A stretch of DNA of 64,000 bases from Spirochaetia bacterium (GCA_965203905.1 CBDBDQ010000005.1:5568001-5632000), one strand, 5' to 3'; positions 21,305-33,009 are shown, counted from the stretch's first letter. Made by a program: numbers and translations. Notes: a model not told the origin generated them from the sequence alone.

Positions 21305-22098
21305 GTGAAACATGAAGCGTTCTTCCCGGCATCCGGTATTTACCGGAGCAGAGTTGGCCGACCTCCCGAGGCGAGGTCGGCTCCCGGGGGCAGGAAGCGC
21401 TATTGGCCTACTACACCAAGACCGGCCGAGTCGTCCGGGTGCGGCGCGGGCGTATGCCGTCATCCCGCCGAGCAGATCCCGGTTCCTACCCCGTCGACCC
21501 CTATCTGGTCGCCACCAAGCTCACCCCGGATACGGTCCTGTCCCATCACACGGCACTCGAATTCCACGGCCGAGCCTATTCGGTCTGGACTCACCTGATC
21601 TACTCCGCATCCCGCCCGGTGGGGCCGCTCACGTTCCGCTCTCAGGTGTTCCGGGGAGCCAAGTTTCCGGAGGCGCTCTTCCGCTCCGGGAGGAAGCACG
21701 TCGGTGTGGTGACCTCCGAGAGCTCGGGTGTGGCAGTACGCGTCACAAGTCTGGAACGGACTCTGGTGGACGTCCTGCAGCGCCCGGACCTGTCGGGAGG
21801 CTGGGAGGAAATCTGGCGTTCGTTGGAATCAGTTGAATTCTTCAACGTCGATCAGGTCGTGGAGTACACGCTCCTGCTCGGCAACTCGACCACGGCCGCG
21901 AAAGTCGGGTTGTTTTTCGATCAGCACCGCGAAGCCCTGATGGTCGAAGAAAGTCATCTCAAGCCTCTTCGGGACCGGCGCCCCCGGCAACCCCACTATC
22001 TGGATCGTGCCAGCCGGAACTCCCCATGCCTGGTGGCCGACTGGAACCTGGTGGTTCCAAAAGACGTGCTCGAACGTTCGTGGGGCGCGGTCTTGTGA
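21305..22098 (+). pseudogene. Type IV TA antitoxin AbiEi with frameshifted N-terminus
   Basis: VKHEAFF / RHPVFTGAELA / GEVGSRGQEALLAYY / YAVIPP switch frame repeatedly; the C-terminal part (SHHTALEFHG, TSLERTLVD) is open from TTG 21403. Confidence 0.75.
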
Positions 22099-23066
22099 GA
22101 ATCTCCCCGGAGAAGCTGGCCGCCGAAGCCGAGGCGACCGGATTCCGGACCGACATGCTGGAGAAGGCAGCCCGGCTGCTGGGCGTGCTCGACACCCTTC
22201 GTACTCACCCCGGCCTCAAGGGGAAGCTGGTCCTCAAGGGTGGCACGGCTCTGAACCTGTTCATCTTCGATGTCCCGAGACTGTCGGTCGACATCGATCT
22301 GAACTACGTGGGCGCCCGCAGTCGGGATGCCATGCTGGAAGAGCGTCCCCGAATCGAAGAAGCAGTCCAGGCCGTGTTTCGCCGCGAGGACTTTGCAGTC
22401 CGGCGGATGCCTGATGAACACGCCGGCGGGAAGTGGTCGCTCCAGTATTCGAGCGCGTCCGGGCACAACGCCAGACTCGATGTGGATGTCAATTTCATGT
22501 ACCGCGTGCCCTTGTGGCCGGTCACCGTCATGGACTCGCGATCGCTGGGAAGTTGGCGCGCAACCAACGTTCCGGTGGTGGACCTTCACGAACTCGTGGC
22601 AGGCAAGCTCTCGGCGTTGTTGGCGCGCCGCAAAGCGAGGGATCTGTTCGATAGCCGATTGATCTTCTCCATGGACGGTCTCGACTTCGAGCGGCTCAGA
22701 ATCGCCTTCGTCGTCTACGGCGCAATGAGCCGGAAGGACTGGCGCACGGTATCGGTCGCGGACCTGGACGTCGACGTTGCGGACCTCGTAAACCAGTTGG
22801 TACCTTCGCTCCACATCGGTGCAATTGGAGGGCCGGACGAGGCTGCGACCTATGGAGAGACCCTGGTAGAAGAGTGCCGGCGCGGGCTGTCAGCAGTGTT
22901 GCCCTTCAGTGACGCTGAGCGTGGGTTCCTCGATTTGCTGCTGGAGAAAGGTGAAATCGACGCGACGATTCTGACCTCGGATCGATCCCTTCAGGAACGC
23001 ATTCAAGCCCAACCGCTGCTCGCATGGAAGGCGCTCAACGTGCGGCGTCACAAGGGATTGTCCTGA
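22095..23066 (+). CDS. AbiEii/AbiGii-family nucleotidyltransferase toxin
   Basis: LKGGTALNL, RLSVDIDL, GKLSALLAR, ARDLFD; GTGA overlap with the antitoxin. Confidence 0.92.
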   Translation: MRISPEKLAAEAEATGFRTDMLEKAARLLGVLDTLRTHPGLKGKLVLKGGTALNLFIFDVPRLSVDIDLNYVGARSRDAMLEERPRIEEAVQAVFRREDFAVRRMPDEHAGGKWSLQYSSASGHNARLDVDVNFMYRVPLWPVTVMDSRSLGSWRATNVPVVDLHELVAGKLSALLARRKARDLFDSRLIFSMDGLDFERLRIAFVVYGAMSRKDWRTVSVADLDVDVADLVNQLVPSLHIGAIGGPDEAATYGETLVEECRRGLSAVLPFSDAERGFLDLLLEKGEIDATILTSDRSLQERIQAQPLLAWKALNVRRHKGLS

Positions 23067-23092
23067 CCCTTGCGCGGTTTGGCCACGGGGCG

Positions 23093-23119
23093 TCTTCCTG
23101 CCGGCACTGTGGCGGGACG
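23093..23119 (+). repeat. Dispersed repeat, copy 1 (27-bp core)
   Basis: TCTTCCTGCCGGCACTGTGGCGGGACG, 26/27 identical to 39845-39871. Confidence 0.8.
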
Positions 23120-23204
23120 AGCTAGCAACGCGGTAGCCGATGTTCGCCGAGTACCGCTCGACACCGGGTTCACAAGACAACGGCCGTTCCATCAGGTATC
23201 TCTC

Positions 23205-23650
23205 CCGTGATCGAGTAGATGATGATGACCGGCGCCGTGATGTTGGGCCACACGTGGCGCAGCAGCGTCCGCCACGACGAACTCGACGATAGTCATGCTG
23301 GTCAGCAGCAGCAGTCCGGGAAACGACATCCAGGCGTCCACCACGCGCTGCACCGCCAGGTCGAGCTTGCCACCCGCGAACCCGGCCACCCCGCCGATCA
23401 GCAGCGACACCATCACGCTCAGGGTGGTGGCGGCGGACCCCACCCCGAGCGACATTCGCGCGCCGTACAGCAGGCGGCTGAGGACGTCGCGGCCGATGTG
23501 GTCGGTGCCCAGCGGGTAGGTGCGAGTTCGCGTTCCCCACCCCATCCAATCCACCTGCCCCGAGCGCATCAGGGACAACCTGGTAGCCGGATCGAAGACG
23601 ATCAGGAGCTCGATCTGATCGATCTGATCGGCGCAGGGCAAACGGTTGGC
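23205..23650 (-). pseudogene. Fused remnants of a peptide-ABC substrate-binding protein and a DppC permease
   Basis: NRLP...DPATRLSLMRSGQVDW (SBP family 5) joined directly to YPLGTDHIGRDVLSRLLYGAR...VDAWMSFPG (DppC), then an internal deletion before LRHVWPNI. Confidence 0.8.
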
Positions 23651-23765
23651 GGTCTCACGGGAGACAGGAGCACCCGGGTTCGTTCCGCGAATTCCGCGGC
23701 GTCCACTTTTCGTCCGGGATAGACGCGGCACGGATAGGATGACAGCCGCGCCACACTCTGCGACG

Positions 23766-24134
23766 ATGGCGACCGTGCGCCAGTTCAACACCGCAGGTCC
23801 CGTAGTGGCTGCGGACCACAACTGCATCCCGCCCCTTGAACGCGTCGATCTCGCGGCGGTGCTCGGCTTGATCCGGGACAAGAAGTACTCTGCGCTGCAC
23901 GCGCCGTGGCAGTCCGGCAGGACCTCGGCGCTGCCGGCGCTGCGAGATCTGCTGAACGGCGGCGCCGCGGGCGCCTACCGCTGCGAGTACCTTGACGTCG
24001 AGGATGGCGAGGCGATGCGTGAGAACGTGGCGGAAGCGATGTGCACCGCGCTTGCCGAACTGCCGCTTCAGGCCAGCGTAACGCTGGGTGAGGAGCTGCT
24101 GGAGGAGCTCTGCGCGGGGGTGCTGCGGCGATGA
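23766..24134 (+). pseudogene. N-terminal fragment of an AAA-like ATPase
   Basis: RQFNTAGPV...CIPPLER...LHAPWQSGRTS (decayed APRQxGKT Walker A); ends after about 120 aa, overlapping the next gene (ATGA). Confidence 0.7.
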
Positions 24135-25678
24135 CCCGGCGCCGACTTCCCATCGGCATCCAGACCTTCCGCACCCTGCGCGAACGGGGCTGCTACTACG
24201 TGGACAAGACCGCCTTCGTCGAGCGGCTGCTCGATGAAGGCACGCATTACTTTCTGTCACGCCCGCGGCGGTTCGGCAAGAGCCTGTTCCTGGACACGCT
24301 GAAGGAGCTGTTCGAAGGCAGCGAGGAGCTGTTCGAAGGGCTGCACATCCACGCGGGTCACGACTGGTCACAGCGGCATCCGGTCGTGCGGCTGAGCTTC
24401 GGCGGTAGCAGCTTCACGGAGCCTGCACATCTGCAGGCCAACGTGATGGCGCAGTTGGAGGGGGCAGCGGAACAACAGGGAGTGAGCGCACGCTACGCCA
24501 CTGCGCCGGAGCGGTTCGCGCATCTGCTCAGGACCGTGCATGCGCATGCCGGGCAGCGGGTGGTGGTGCTCGTGGACGAGTACGACAAGCCGATTTTGGA
24601 CGCGCTGGAGACGCCGGAGGTGGCGCTCGCCAACCGCGGCTTTCTGCGCGGGCTGTACGGGGTGATCAAGGACAGCGACGCGCACGTGCGGTTCGCGTTT
24701 CTGACGGGCATCAGCAAGTTCTCGAAGGTGAACCTGTTTTCGCAACTGAACAACCTCACCGACCTCACACTGGATCCGGTGTACTCGTCGATCTGCGGGT
24801 ATACGGAGGGTGACCTGGAAACGGTGTTCGCCCCGGAGCTGGCCGGGCTGGACCGGGAGCGGATGCGCGAGTGGTACAACGGCTATAGCTGGCTGGGGGC
24901 AGAGAAGGTGTACAACCCCTACGATGTGCTGCTGCTGCTGCGTCGCCGCAAATTCGCCGCGCACTGGTTCGAGACCGGGACGCCGGCGTTTCTGGTGGAC
25001 ACGCTGTTCCAGCGCCGGGTGGCGTCGGTGTCGCTGGACCAGAGGGTGAGCACGGAGGAGTTGCTGTCGACGTTCGACGTGGAGCACATTGGCACCGAGG
25101 CGCTGCTGTTCCAGACCGGGTATCTGACGATCACCGGCGAAGAGGAACTGGGCGGAGAGGCGCTGTATCGGCTCGGCTATCCGAACCGCGAGGTCCGCCA
25201 GAGCCTGAACCGCGTGCTGCTGCGGCAACTGGTGCAGGACGTGACTGGTCAGATGGCCAATAGCACGCGCTTGGCGCGGCTGTTGGAAGCGCACGACTGC
25301 GCGGGGCTGAAGGAGCTGTTCGAGGCCTTCTTCGCGAGCATTCCGTACCAATGGTACACCAACAACGACATCGCGCGGTACGAGGGATTCTACGCGAGCG
25401 TGGTCTACTCCTACTTTGCGGCGTTGGGGTACGAAGTCGCGGTGGAGGAGTCGAGCAGCCACAGCCGGCTGGACATGGCGGTGCGGACCGGGGGGCACGT
25501 GTATCTGTTCGAGTTCAAGGTGGTGGAGATGGCGTCGCCGGGATCGGCCCTGGCGCAGCTGCGGGAGCGGGACTACGCGGCGAAGTACCGGGGGCGGGGG
25601 GAACCGATCCACCTGATCGGGGTGGAGTTCAGCCGCGAGGCGCGCAACGTGACGGCGTTCGAGGTGGCCGACGACTGA
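24131..25678 (+). CDS. AAA-ATPase-like protein with C-terminal PD-(D/E)XK nuclease (copy 1)
   Basis: LPIGIQTF, YYVDKT, RPRRFGKS, VDEYDKP, YEGFYAS, RLDM...FEFK. Confidence 0.92.
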   Translation: MTRRRLPIGIQTFRTLRERGCYYVDKTAFVERLLDEGTHYFLSRPRRFGKSLFLDTLKELFEGSEELFEGLHIHAGHDWSQRHPVVRLSFGGSSFTEPAHLQANVMAQLEGAAEQQGVSARYATAPERFAHLLRTVHAHAGQRVVVLVDEYDKPILDALETPEVALANRGFLRGLYGVIKDSDAHVRFAFLTGISKFSKVNLFSQLNNLTDLTLDPVYSSICGYTEGDLETVFAPELAGLDRERMREWYNGYSWLGAEKVYNPYDVLLLLRRRKFAAHWFETGTPAFLVDTLFQRRVASVSLDQRVSTEELLSTFDVEHIGTEALLFQTGYLTITGEEELGGEALYRLGYPNREVRQSLNRVLLRQLVQDVTGQMANSTRLARLLEAHDCAGLKELFEAFFASIPYQWYTNNDIARYEGFYASVVYSYFAALGYEVAVEESSSHSRLDMAVRTGGHVYLFEFKVVEMASPGSALAQLRERDYAAKYRGRGEPIHLIGVEFSREARNVTAFEVADD

Positions 25679-25804
25679 CGCTGGCGGCCGTTGCGACTGC
25701 GTTCAGGTTTGTTCAGTAGGTCAGGCGGGTACCTCTGCGGATGCTGGATGCGATCACGTCAAGGTCCACGTCCATGTCGGCCCAGTGCTGATCGGCTGAT
25801 GGGC

Positions 25805-26537
25805 TCAGGTGGACGGGCTTCCCTTGCGCTCCAGCTTCTGCAGGGCCTTCGTGGCGCGCTCGGCGGCGCGGGCGCCTACTCCGCCGGCCACCCCGCCGCC
25901 GCCGCGCAGGCGCGGGTCCAGCAGGTCGCGCAGCGCGTCGCCCACCATGTTCAGGCAGTACACCACCAGGGTCAGCGCCACCCCCGGCCACATCGCCAGC
26001 CGCGGCGCCATCTCCATGTATTGCCGCCCCTCCCGGCTCAGTATCGTGCCCCAGCTCGGCACGTCCGGCGGCAGCCCGAACCCCAGAAAGCTCAAGGACG
26101 CCTCCGCGATGATCGCCCAGCCGATCGTGATGTTGGGCCACACGTGACGCAGCAGCGTCCGCCACGACGGGCTGCCGATGGCATGTGCCGATCAGCAGCG
26201 ACACCACCACGCTCAGGGTGGTGGCGGCGAACCCCACCGCAAGCGACACCCGCGCCCCGTACAGCAGGCGGCTCAGGAGGTCGCGGCCGATGTGGTCGGT
26301 GCCCAGCGGGTAGGTGCTCGACGGCCCCTTGAGCCGGTCGATCATGGTCATCTCCATGAAGTGGAACGGCGCCAGCAGGTCGGCGAAGATGGCCACCAGG
26401 CACAGCAGCAGCACGATCACGCCGCTGACCGCGCCCACCGGCCGCTCCCTGATCAGCCGGCGCAGCAGGTCGCGCAGAAACGACTGCCCCTTCGCCCCCT
26501 GCTCCCGCCGCGCGAGCGGCACGGTCACCTCACCCAT
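25805..26537 (-). pseudogene. Peptide ABC permease DppC/OppC with internal deletions
   Basis: LGTDHIGRD and EASLSFLGFG in different frames; the central TM segments are missing. Confidence 0.85.
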
Positions 26538-26630
26538 GGTGTCGCCACTGTCACTCCGTGACGCCGGAGACCATGAACATCGATGCTCTGGAATCGACCG
26601 CTGGTCATCACTTTCGGACCCGGCACCCCG

Positions 26631-27597
26631 TCACCCGTAGTGGACGCGCGGGTCCAGGTAGGCGTACAGCACGTCGACCAGCAAGTTGATCACCATCACC
26701 GCGACGGCGAAGAACAGGTTGATCCCCGAGATCAGCGGATAGTCGCGGTCGAACAGGGCGTCGATCATCAGCCGCCCCAGGCCGGGGATCGCGAACATCT
26801 GCTCCATGATCACCGAGCCGCCGACGATGATCGGCACCTGCAGCCCCACCAGCGTCACCACCGGAATCAGCGCGTTCTTGATCACGTGGCGCAGGATCAC
26901 CAGCCGCTCGCGCAGGCCCTTGGCCCAGGCGGTGCGAATGTAGTCCTGCCGGAGCACCTCCAGCATCATGGTGCGGGTCATGCGCATGGTGCTGGCCGCC
27001 AGGTAGGTGCCCAGGATCAACCCCGGCACGATGAACATGCTGAGGTGGCGCACCGGGTCGGCGCTCAGCCGCACCAGCCGCAGCGGCGGCGACCAACCCC
27101 ACCAGATCGCCGGAAAGATGAGGATAAATGGTGGCCAGCCAGAAGTTGGGCGTGGCCAACCCGAAGACGGCAAAGGAGCGACCCACGTAGTCGCCCACCG
27201 TGTCCTGCCGCACCGCCGAGTAGATGCCAATCGGCACGCCGATCAGTACCCCTACAATCAGCGCCACCACGCCCAGCTCGATGGTGGTCGGCAGCCGGCC
27301 GGCGATCAGCTGACCGACCGGTTCGGGCCGCAGCAGCGGTGTGCCCAGATCGCCGCGCAGCAGGATGGCCCCCATCCAGCGTGCGTACTGCACGGGCACC
27401 GGCACGTCCAGCCCCAGCCGCCGCTCCAACACCGCCCGGTCGATGCCGGTGCCGCCACCTGCCTCCATGACCATCCTGCCCAGCAGTACGTCGATGACAT
27501 CGCCGGGTATGAACCGCACCGAGAGGAACACCAGAATCGTCAGCAGGAAGAAGGTGGGGATCAGCAGCAGGACGCGGCGGATGACGTACGCTCTTAT
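26631..27597 (-). pseudogene. Peptide ABC permease DppB/OppB, frameshifted
   Basis: Start position reads ATA (IRAYVIRR versus MKAYIIRR in the intact paralogue); frameshift near 27127; QDYIRTAWAKGL and LDPRV present. Confidence 0.85.
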
Positions 27598-27734
27598 GTC
27601 CGGCTGCTCAACTCGATCCCACCGTTGACGGAAGAAATGTCACTTCACCGTTGCTCGCGGTAGCACAAATGAGAGAGCCCGAATGCACGCTCCTGGAAGG
27701 CGCCCGACCCCCAGCTCCCTACTCAACAGCTTGC

Positions 27735-27890
27735 AGGGCGCCCGGCGCGAGGCAGGGCGCCCTCCGGTTTTTTGCTCAGGAGCCCGCCCTCAGGCGGGCC
27801 CTTGCTGGTTCAATCGCCCAGGGGCGAGTTGATTCGTGCAGTTCCAACGGCAAAGCCTTCGCGGCGCAGGCGCGCCCAGCGCGCCTACAA
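27735..27890. repeat. Cluster of GC-rich hairpins (REP-like)
   Basis: GGGCGCCC twice, GCCCGCC-CTCA-GGCGGGC, TCAATCGCCC-AG-GGGCGAGTTGA, AGGCGCGC-CCA-GCGCGCCT. Confidence 0.45.
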
Positions 27891-27913
27891 TGGAAACGCC
27901 ACAGGCGGTTCCC

Positions 27914-27985
27914 TCAGAAATCCATCTCCCGCTTCAGATCCTGGTCGACCCAGACGTAGGCGAGCCACGTTTTGTGCGCATTCAG
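27914..27985 (-). pseudogene. C-terminal remnant of a peptide-ABC substrate-binding protein
   Basis: WLAYVWVDQDLKREMDF* resembles the end ARMWLDPDLKKSLGF* of the SBP at 33010, and sits in the expected place upstream of dppB. Confidence 0.6.
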
Positions 27986-28057
27986 GTCAAGATCACACCC
28001 GCGGCCCGTACAGCAGACGGCTCAGGAGTGCCGACGATGCCAACGACCGCCATGAGG

Positions 28058-28282
28058 TCATGTCTCGAGAAATTCGCCAGGCTCGATGCCCGCTTGTCTG
28101 AGAATCGCTCTCAGTGTTCCTTCCGGTACATCGCCGGTGTGATTGGGAATTGTTGTCCGGGCTCTCGACACCGGGTTCCACCAGATCTCATGGCTCCCTT
28201 TTGCGATGCGATCGAAGACAAACCCGCGCTCGCCCAACCGCTTGGTGATGTCTCGGTACGAGAACCCAGCGAGCCTCCCCAC
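28058..28282 (-). CDS. hicA: HicA-family mRNA interferase toxin
   Basis: 74 aa, GF...AKGSHEIW...TTIPNH...GTLRAILRQAG. Confidence 0.92.
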   Translation of the reverse strand: MGRLAGFSYRDITKRLGERGFVFDRIAKGSHEIWWNPVSRARTTIPNHTGDVPEGTLRAILRQAGIEPGEFLET

Positions 28283-28525
28283 TCAGGCAGACACGGCAAC
28301 GTCGAGGTCGACTGAACTGCCCATCCTGCGCAACCCTTCGGGAATAGGATCATCGTGTTCTCGATACGACTCCAAGAGCCTCCGCGCAACATCCTGGGCG
28401 ATCTCGACTGTTTCTTGAACGGTTCTGCCTTGGGCGACCAGACCTGGAAGTTCCTCGGAGGTAGCTAGGTAGTTGCCGTTCTCGACCCGCTCAACGTGAA
28501 GCCGAACGGTGAACTGATCTGACAT
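28283..28525 (-). CDS. hicB: HicB-family antitoxin (short form)
   Basis: LPGLVAQGRTVQE...; directly upstream of hicA. Confidence 0.9.
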   Translation of the reverse strand: MSDQFTVRLHVERVENGNYLATSEELPGLVAQGRTVQETVEIAQDVARRLLESYREHDDPIPEGLRRMGSSVDLDVAVSA

Positions 28526-28811
28526 AGCAGGACCCATCATACCGCCAGTGAGACATCTGAACCAATGGGTCTCGCTGGACCTTGATGATCGGTATCTGCA
28601 GGCCCCCCAGCGGGTTGCGGTACGCAACTAAGCCCGGCCGGCCGTCTCCAGCGTACCGGAGGCAACGTCGACGGCCGTACGGTTGCCCTCCCGGCTCACC
28701 ATCGTGCTCGGCACTCAAAGACGCCTTGGCGATGATCGCCCGGCCGCGTGCACCGTTGTCATCGTCTTCCGTGTCACGGCGTGTCCGTGCCCGACCCGAA
28801 AGTGCGGGCCG

Positions 28812-28925
28812 GAGGACGATCCGCAAATGCTTTGAGCACTACCAGATCCTCCGCCGAGCACGTATTCAGACGGACCTCAGGCAGGAATCCGTAGAGGGTC
28901 GCTCGTTCGATTACCCGCTGCTCGA
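28812..28925 (-). pseudogene. Internal fragment of a nucleotidyltransferase-fold toxin-like gene
   Basis: EQRVIERATLYGFLPEVRLNTCSAEDLVVLKAFADRP; the S-x-EDL-x-x-x-K motif is typical of minimal NTase toxins. Confidence 0.55.
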
Positions 28926-29036
28926 CATATGCGGGTGACGAATCCGCGCAACTCGCCGTTGAGATCGCCCGCCATCAGACGCAGTCTACGAGTTCCGATC
29001 ACGTCCGACAACAATCCTCCCACCCGCAGGGCAGGC

Positions 29037-30209
<1,173 letters not shown>

Positions 30210-30220
30210 CGCCGCGGGCC

Positions 30221-31003
30221 CTACATGCCGTAGACCTTGCGCTTCTGTTCCTTGCTGCCGCCGCTCCACTTCGCTTCCCAGGAGTCCGGCTTGTGCACGT
30301 CCTCGAACGGGTAGACATCGACGACGGGAGTGTAGGCACGCGGGTGCTGGGTGACGGCGTGGACAATCGCTTCCGCGATATCCTCCGGCTGCATGAGCTT
30401 GTCGGAGTAGACGTCGTGATTGTCATGCTGCATCTGGGTATCGACGTTCCCGGGCCGAATCAGAACCGCCCGCACGCCGTGCGGACGCCCCTCCTCCTGC
30501 GTAATCCCGGTGAGGCCTGCCACACCCCACTTCGCCGAGCCATACGCCGCCATCTTGTACGGATGGTACTTGCCGGCTAGAGAGGAGACGTTGACGATGT
30601 GGCCGCTTCCCTGCGCGCACAGGTGCGTGAACACCGCCTGCGTACACAGGAAGACCGCCTTGAGGTTGACGTTGATATGGACGTCCCAGTCCGCCTCGCT
30701 GATGTCGGGAATGGCCTTGTGGTCGGCGAATCCGGCGTTGTTCACGAGAATATCCACCCGGCCGAACCGCTCCAGGGTCTGTTGCACCATGGCATCCACG
30801 TCGGACTTGCTGGTCACGTCGGTCCGTACCGGGAGCGCCTCCCGGCCGGAACCTCCAATCTCCTCGGCCAGCTCGTCGATCTCCGCGCCGGTACGCGCGG
30901 CGAGCACAACACCTGCCCCCTCACGAGCAAGGGCAAGGGCGGTGGCTCTCCCGATGCCACGTCCCGCGCCGGTAACGATCGCGACTTTGCCTTCCAGTTT
31001 CAC
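30221..31003 (-). CDS. Short-chain dehydrogenase/reductase
   Basis: TGAGRGIG, NNAG, YGSAK (YxxxK), PGNVDT. Confidence 0.92.
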   Translation of the reverse strand: MKLEGKVAIVTGAGRGIGRATALALAREGAGVVLAARTGAEIDELAEEIGGSGREALPVRTDVTSKSDVDAMVQQTLERFGRVDILVNNAGFADHKAIPDISEADWDVHINVNLKAVFLCTQAVFTHLCAQGSGHIVNVSSLAGKYHPYKMAAYGSAKWGVAGLTGITQEEGRPHGVRAVLIRPGNVDTQMQHDNHDVYSDKLMQPEDIAEAIVHAVTQHPRAYTPVVDVYPFEDVHKPDSWEAKWSGGSKEQKRKVYGM

Positions 31004-31102
31004 AGTGACCCCCTCCGCTCCGGCAAGGCTCACGCCGGCCGCGTCAGCCCGTTCGGCGACGGTAAATCATCCCGCCCCGCGGCCATCGGATCAAGCACCT
31101 CG

Positions 31103-31978
31103 TTAGCTGCGCGCTCCCCGCTTGGAGGTTCCGTAGCGGCCGCCGCCGCCCCGCAGGCGCGGGTCGAGCAGGTCGCGCACGGCGTCGCCGAACATGTTGA
31201 TGCCATACACGACAATCGTCAGGCACAACCCCGGCCAGATCGCCAGCCGCGGCGCGATCGTCATGTACTGGCGTCCCTCGCGGCTGAGCATGCCACCCCA
31301 GCTGGGCACATCGGGTGGCAGACCGAAGCCGAGGAAGCTCAGCGAGGCCTCCGCGACGATGGTGGCGCCGATGGTGATCGAGAAGATGATGATGATGGGC
31401 GGCATGACATTCGGCAGCACGTGTCGCCACAGGATCTGCGCGGCGGGGCTGCCAACCGCCCGGGCCGCCTGGAAGTAGTCGTTCTCCTTGATGGCGATGA
31501 CGGCACTGCGCACCACCCGGGAATTGCTGATGCCCGAGGAGATGCCGAGCACGAGAATGATCTGCAGCAGACCGCGGCCGGCCAGCGACATGATCGTCAG
31601 CAACACCAGCAGCCCCGGCATCGACATCCACGCGTCGACGAAGCGCTGCACCACCAGATCGAATCTCCCGCCGAAAAAGCCGGCGGTGCCGCCGATCAGC
31701 GCCGCGACCACCACATGCAAGGTGGTCGCCGCCAGCCCGACGAACAGCGACAGGCGCGCCCCGTGGATCAGGCGGCTCAGGAAGTCGCGTCCCAACTGGT
31801 CGGTGCCGAGCGGATGCAGGCTCGATGGCGCGGCCAGGCGATCGTCCAGGTTCATCTCGCCGAAGCGAAACGGCGCCAGAGCATCGGCAAAGATACTCAC
31901 CAGGATCAACACCAGGATGATGGCGGCCCCGATGGTACCCAACGGATGCTCCCGGAACAGTCTCTTCAGCAGCACCAT
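31103..31978 (-). CDS. Peptide/nickel ABC transporter permease (DppC/OppC)
   Basis: HPLGTDQLGRD, QAARAVG, HVLPN, EASLSFLGFG, GDAVRDLLDPR. Confidence 0.93.
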   Translation of the reverse strand: MVLLKRLFREHPLGTIGAAIILVLILVSIFADALAPFRFGEMNLDDRLAAPSSLHPLGTDQLGRDFLSRLIHGARLSLFVGLAATTLHVVVAALIGGTAGFFGGRFDLVVQRFVDAWMSMPGLLVLLTIMSLAGRGLLQIILVLGISSGISNSRVVRSAVIAIKENDYFQAARAVGSPAAQILWRHVLPNVMPPIIIIFSITIGATIVAEASLSFLGFGLPPDVPSWGGMLSREGRQYMTIAPRLAIWPGLCLTIVVYGINMFGDAVRDLLDPRLRGGGGRYGTSKRGARS

Positions 31979-31983
31979 GCTCG

Positions 31984-32943
31984 CTACCGGTAGCGCACGC
32001 GCGGGTCGAGGAACGCGTAGAGCAGATCGACCACCAGGTTGATGACCACCACGCCGGCGGCAAAGACCAGGTTTACGCCGGAGACCATCGGGTAATCTCG
32101 GTCGAGGAGGGCATCCACCAAGAGACGCCCGATCCCCGGCAGGTTGAAGATGTTCTCCATTATTACTGATCCGCCGATCAGGACAGGCAGCTGCAGACCG
32201 GTCAGGGTGATGACCGGAATGAGGGCATTCTTGATGGCGTGCCTGACCACGACCACTCGCTCCCGCAGGCCCTTGGACCAGGCGGTGCGCACGTAGTCTT
32301 GCCTGAGCACCTCCAGCATCATGGTGCGGGTCATGCGCATGGTCGCGGCGGCGAAGTAGGTGCCCAGAATCAGACTGGGGACGATGAACACGCCGAGATT
32401 GCCGAGCAGGTCATCGGAGAGTGCAATCATCCGAATCGGCGGAGTCCAGTTCCACCAGATCGCGGGAAAGACAATAACCAGCAGACCCAGCCAGAAGTTG
32501 GGCGTCGCCAATCCGACGACCGCTACGGTACGCCCAGCGTAGTCGGCGAGCGTGTTACGGCGGATCGCCGAGTAGATGCCCACCGGCAGCGCGATGATGA
32601 GCCCGATGGCGATCGCCAGAAGGCCAAGCTCGAGGGTGACCGGCAACCTGCGGAGAATCTGCTGCTCGATCGTGATGGCGCTGCCAAGCAGCGACTTCCC
32701 GAGCGTGCCGTGCAGCACGATGCCGCCGATCCAGCGCGCGTACTGCACGTGCGCAGGCACATCAAGGCCGAGAAAGCGCTCGAGATCCGCGCGAGTTTCA
32801 GCAGATCCGCCCCTATAGGAGCTCGCAAACATCGCGTCGATGACATCGCCGGGGATGAACCGGATGAGCAGGAACACCAGGATGCTGACCAACAACAACG
32901 TCGGGATCATCAGCAGCAGTCGTCTAATGATGTAGGCTTTCAT
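31984..32943 (-). CDS. Peptide/nickel ABC transporter permease (DppB/OppB)
   Basis: IPGD, RLPVTLEL, QDYVRTAWSKGL, LDPRVR. Confidence 0.93.
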   Translation of the reverse strand: MKAYIIRRLLLMIPTLLLVSILVFLLIRFIPGDVIDAMFASSYRGGSAETRADLERFLGLDVPAHVQYARWIGGIVLHGTLGKSLLGSAITIEQQILRRLPVTLELGLLAIAIGLIIALPVGIYSAIRRNTLADYAGRTVAVVGLATPNFWLGLLVIVFPAIWWNWTPPIRMIALSDDLLGNLGVFIVPSLILGTYFAAATMRMTRTMMLEVLRQDYVRTAWSKGLRERVVVVRHAIKNALIPVITLTGLQLPVLIGGSVIMENIFNLPGIGRLLVDALLDRDYPMVSGVNLVFAAGVVVINLVVDLLYAFLDPRVRYR

Positions 32944-33009
32944 GCAGTGTGGTGCTGGAGGGGTGGCCGTTGGGACGGCGGCTCTGTCACCGCCATCCCA
33001 ACGCCACGA

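Noticed and set aside
28545-28578. Inverted repeat CCAGTGAGAC-N14-GTCTCGCTGG upstream of hicB as an operator
   Set aside because: This short HicB lacks an evident DNA-binding domain, so the function is unsupported.
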